Positions 16,787 to 20,000 of a stretch of DNA of 20,000 nt are shown piece by piece. Made by a program: the position numbers and the translations under genes. The stretch lies in sequence record SRR9188677_178; one strand, written 5' to 3'. Under the pieces are notes generated by a model, which saw only the letters and a program-made list of their open reading frames with translations, did not search any database and was not told where the DNA came from. The stretch's first letter is position 1, and every line of letters begins with the position of its first letter.

Positions 16787-18906
16787 TGTTTTCTGCCAGA
16801 TTGAATAATCTGTCTATCCAGATTAAATTATTGATGGCCCAGGGTGTGGTGACGATTTCTGCCCTATTTGTGTTGTTGGCCATCGTTCTCGGCTACGGCT
16901 ACACCAGTTTCAGGAATGACTTGTACAATGACTTGGACACCCAGGCCACCATCATTGAACATAGCAGCACTGCCGCGCTGCTCTTTGATGACAAAAATGC
17001 AGCAAATGAAATATTGTCCACGTTAAATCTAATGGGCAGCATCAACCGCGCTTATCTCTTTCATGAGACTGGTCATTTGCTGGCCACCTATGACAAAAAT
17101 CAACATACCGTGCGCGCCTCCCAAATCCGCTTACCCGCGTTACGCAAATTGAAATCCAGTTTCAAAACGCATATCCTGACCCGGGATATCGTGTTTGATC
17201 ACCATGTAATCGGCACTATTTTTATAGAAGCAAATCTGGATAAATTGAATACCCGGCTCGGCCTGCTGGTCCTGGCGGTCATGATTGCTGCCTTCATAGG
17301 ACTGATCATCTCACTGCTAGTCTCAATTAGGATCAACAAATTTTTGACTCAACCCATTCTGGCCTTAACCAACCTGGTAGATAAAGTCTCCAGCAGTCAT
17401 GACTACACCGTACGTAGCCACCTGTTAACTAAAGATGAGATAGGCAGCCTGTCAGTAGGGATCAACGCCATGCTGCGCAGCATTGAGCAAAGGGATGAGC
17501 TGCTGGAAGCTGAGCTGGCCAAACAGAAGCAGGCGGAGAAAGCCCTTGACCGGCTGGCATATTTTGACACCGTTACCCAGCTGCCTAACCGACACTATTT
17601 CAACCAGCAATTGCAAAAGAAAATTATAGAGGCTGAGCGCCTCAACAAGGTCTGCTGCCTGATGTTCATTGATCTTGATGACTTCAAGGTCATCAATGAT
17701 ACCTATGGGCACCGGGTTGGCGACGAGTTGCTGGCGGATGTAGGGCATCGCCTTAAGGAAAACCTCAGGCCTGGCGATGAAGTATTCCGTATAGGCGGCG
17801 ATGAGTTCGCTATCCTGATTTCTGATAATAACCAGTTTTCCCATGCGCGGGAATTAGCCGCTAAAGTCATCCACAACTGTGCTGAAAAATTCATCATCAA
17901 TAACAATGACCTATATATCGGCGTCAGCATAGGTATTAGCGGTTCAACCCAGCCCGGCATACAGGCTACAGATTTGCTGCGCTCAGCCGACAGCGCAATG
18001 TATAGGGCAAAAAATGAGGGCAAGAATAATTTCAAACTCTTTTCCAAGGAAATTGATGATGAATCTCATTTCAGGAACTATCTGGAAACCGCGCTTAGAA
18101 GTGCACTGGGACGCAATGAATTTGAAGTGTATTACCAACCCATCATCAACCTGAAGTCCGAGCAGATCGTCGGTTTTGAGGCTTTGCTAAGGTGGCATGA
18201 ACCCATTTATGGAGATATCAGCCCCGGCATTTTCATTCCATGCGCGGAGCGTATCGGTGTAATTATCCCGATAGGTGAATGGGTGTTACGTCAAGCCTGC
18301 CTGCAACAGAAAAAGTTGCGAGATGAGTTTGGTATCGATTTCATGATGAACGTGAATCTTTCAGGGAGACAGCTGCGAGAGTTTGATGTGGTGCATAAGA
18401 TCCTAGATGTTGTGTCGGAAACCGGCATCAACCCGACCGCCTTGAATATTGAGCTGACTGAAAGCGTGCTGATGGATAACTCCCAGTCTACGATCAATAA
18501 ATTCCATGTCTTGCGCGCTGCAGGCGTAAGCATTTCCATTGATGATTTTGGTACCGGCTATTCATCATTAAGCTACCTGAAGCGGTTCCCAATCAATACA
18601 ATCAAGATTGATCGCAGTTTTATCATGGATATCTCGCACGATTCAGAGGACCAGGCCATTACGCTGGCAATCATTGCCCTGGCAAACACGCTCAAACTCA
18701 CCGTTGTGGCTGAAGGTGTTGAGACGGCTGAACAAAAGAGGATTTTAAGGCAAAATAATTGCGAGAAGGCTCAAGGCTATTTATTTAGTAAACCATTACC
18801 ATCGCCTGCACTAGAAAGTGTGGTTAGAGCTAATTTCTCACTAAATACTCTTGAAGAGCATAATCAAAACTTGATTAATTATGTGGACTCATCAAATTTG
18901 GATTAA
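16786..18906 (+). CDS. Membrane-bound diguanylate cyclase/phosphodiesterase (periplasmic sensor, HAMP, GGDEF, EAL)
   Basis: Two TM segments around an AALLFDD..AA.EIL sensor domain, HAMP (DEIGSL), LDDFKVINDTYGH, RPGD I-site then RIGGDEF, GFEALLRW, IDDFGTGYSSLSYL and VVAEGVET. TAATG coupling with the yfiR-like gene. Confidence 0.93.
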   Translation: MFSARLNNLSIQIKLLMAQGVVTISALFVLLAIVLGYGYTSFRNDLYNDLDTQATIIEHSSTAALLFDDKNAANEILSTLNLMGSINRAYLFHETGHLLATYDKNQHTVRASQIRLPALRKLKSSFKTHILTRDIVFDHHVIGTIFIEANLDKLNTRLGLLVLAVMIAAFIGLIISLLVSIRINKFLTQPILALTNLVDKVSSSHDYTVRSHLLTKDEIGSLSVGINAMLRSIEQRDELLEAELAKQKQAEKALDRLAYFDTVTQLPNRHYFNQQLQKKIIEAERLNKVCCLMFIDLDDFKVINDTYGHRVGDELLADVGHRLKENLRPGDEVFRIGGDEFAILISDNNQFSHARELAAKVIHNCAEKFIINNNDLYIGVSIGISGSTQPGIQATDLLRSADSAMYRAKNEGKNNFKLFSKEIDDESHFRNYLETALRSALGRNEFEVYYQPIINLKSEQIVGFEALLRWHEPIYGDISPGIFIPCAERIGVIIPIGEWVLRQACLQQKKLRDEFGIDFMMNVNLSGRQLREFDVVHKILDVVSETGINPTALNIELTESVLMDNSQSTINKFHVLRAAGVSISIDDFGTGYSSLSYLKRFPINTIKIDRSFIMDISHDSEDQAITLAIIALANTLKLTVVAEGVETAEQKRILRQNNCEKAQGYLFSKPLPSPALESVVRANFSLNTLEEHNQNLINYVDSSNLD

Positions 18907-18926
18907 AGAATATCCCGAAAAATGAG

Positions 18927-19334
18927 CCCGTTGAGAAGCTTAACAATACGGTAGGTCAATTCATCGCTTGGAGGAAAGCAACGGGGCTGTCCCCCAAAAA
19001 CAAAAGCAGAACCTTTGGCATCGCTTATGACAATCCAGATACAGCTGAACCTTCACAATTTCGCTTTGACATTGCTGGCGAAGTTAAAAGTGATGTCCCA
19101 GAAAATACGCATGGAATCGTTATGAAAACCATTCTTGGTGGCCGTTGCGCAGTAGTAAGGCATTTGGGATCACATAATCGCTTGGGAGAGTCAATCTATC
19201 CCTTATACCGGGAATGGCTGCCTAATAGTGGCGAAGAATTACGTGACTACCCACTTTACTTTCAATATTTGAATTTACTACCAGATATTGCTGAGGCAGA
19301 TCTAGTGACAGATATCTATCTACCTCTGAAGTAA
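18927..19334 (+). pseudogene. 5'-truncated GyrI-like effector domain (C-terminal part of an AraC/Rob-type regulator)
   Basis: The frame of ORF 19122..19334 stays open upstream (PVEKLNNTVGQFIAWRKATGLSPKNKSRTFGIAYDNPDTAEPSQFRFDIAGEV...). There is no ATG/GTG/TTG between the in-frame TAA at 18876 and 19122. It ends with the GyrI-type LVTDIYLPLK. Confidence 0.75.
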
Positions 19335-19421
19335 TCAAACAAGACGTCGACTCGACGACCTAATGAAACCGACGCCAGCCAGAACATCTAAAGGGGACAA
19401 GTCGTCGAGTAAGTGGGAATT
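19335..19421 (+). other. Degenerate attC-like stem immediately after the GyrI relic stop codon
   Basis: TCAAAC-AAGACG directly follows the TAA. ACTCGACGAC (19350-19359) and GTCGTCGAGT (19401-19410) form a perfect inverted repeat. The terminal GTT box is missing. Confidence 0.45.
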
Positions 19422-19437
19422 TCCGATATTAATCAAC

Positions 19438-19935
19438 TCATAGACCAGAACTTTTTTGTACAATTTTCAATCCTTCGTTTTCTGAAGGCGGTTCAAAAAA
19501 GTTAGTTACATGATAGAACACAGCCTCATTATCAAACTGCGCACGTTCTGGCTGTTCATGTCTTCGCTTCGCTATCTGTAAAAGACATTCCTCATTACTT
19601 AGATCAAGATAAATAAGCTCGTGGTTGCATTCAATTTCATTACAAAGTTGTTTAAACCAACCCCTTTGATTAATAGTATTTGCTGGGAAATCTATAACAA
19701 CATCAGTGCCGGTTTTTAGAATCGACTGAACGTGCAACTTAACAAAAGCTTTTATTCGAGATGAATACGCTAGATAGTCGTCAAAGGAATTTATTTCGTT
19801 TGGATAATGTGCAGATAACCACTCGTCCTCTGATATCAATACAGCGTTTTTCTCTCGCGCAATCGTTTTTGATGTTGTAGTTTTCCCAGCTCCCATCTTT
19901 CCACAGAAGAAAATTAAATTACCTTTTTGATTCAC
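19438..19935 (-). CDS. AAA_33-type P-loop kinase/ATP-binding protein
   Basis: LIFFCGKMGAGKTT Walker A, LISEDEW, DVVIDFPANT..QR and FE.P...EG. GTG 19935 follows an AAGGA RBS and is preferred to the upstream TTG, which lies in the repeat flank. Confidence 0.85.
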   Translation of the reverse strand: MNQKGNLIFFCGKMGAGKTTTSKTIAREKNAVLISEDEWLSAHYPNEINSFDDYLAYSSRIKAFVKLHVQSILKTGTDVVIDFPANTINQRGWFKQLCNEIECNHELIYLDLSNEECLLQIAKRRHEQPERAQFDNEAVFYHVTNFFEPPSENEGLKIVQKSSGL

Positions 19936-19983
19936 AGCATATCCTTGAGTTTTGCTAAAGTTGATACTAACACCACAAAACAA

Positions 19984-20000
19984 AAAAGACCCAAGGCGTT
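19984..20000. repeat. Hairpin repeat copy R5 (left arm; cut by window edge)
   Basis: AAAAGACCCAAGGCGTT matches the left arm and loop of R1-R4. Confidence 0.7.

Noticed and set aside
162-18539. Short ORFs in the track overlapping the long genes (e.g. 162-470, 1897-2124, 2662-4188 set, 14368-15938 set, 17452-18539 set)
   Set aside because: They are antisense or alternate-frame shadows of well-supported CDSs with no recognisable motifs.
2314-20000. CRISPR array interpretation of the ~30-bp palindromic repeats
   Set aside because: Spacing is kilobases with whole genes in between, the copies are divergent, and no cas genes are present.
1-20000. Integrase, transposase or prophage genes
   Set aside because: No ORF shows tyrosine/serine recombinase, DDE or phage structural motifs. 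Mobility is inferred only from repeats.

Overview
Accessory, mosaic bacterial region. The gene set and the tRNA relic look betaproteobacterial, which is inference only. It contains the 3' part of a TonB-dependent siderophore-type receptor, an unknown polytopic membrane protein, a stand-alone molybdopterin oxidoreductase, an LprI/DUF1311-like secreted protein and a GlcG/HbpS-TetR-aldo/keto reductase operon with a visible promoter and two operators. It also holds a KaiC-like double ATPase plus PAS hybrid histidine kinase, an exonuclease III, an orphan CheY, a TonB receptor-YfiR-HAMP/GGDEF/EAL operon, a 5'-truncated AraC/GyrI relic followed by an attC-like stem, and an AAA_33-type ATPase. The main unexplained structure is a family of five co-oriented ~30-bp hairpin repeats (consensus AAGACCCAAGGCGTTAACCTTGGGTCTYT) at about 2314, 4649, 7899, 12317 and 19986. 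Each lies in an intergenic gap between unrelated modules, and two are fused to a tRNA 3'-half relic (T-arm plus degenerate acceptor end, - strand). This suggests serial accretion of cargo at a tRNA 3' end, with the intact tRNA and any integrase probably beyond the right edge. A second degenerate repeat of up to ~100 bp occurs three times and brackets the LprI-like gene. No integrase, transposase or CRISPR array is present in the window.
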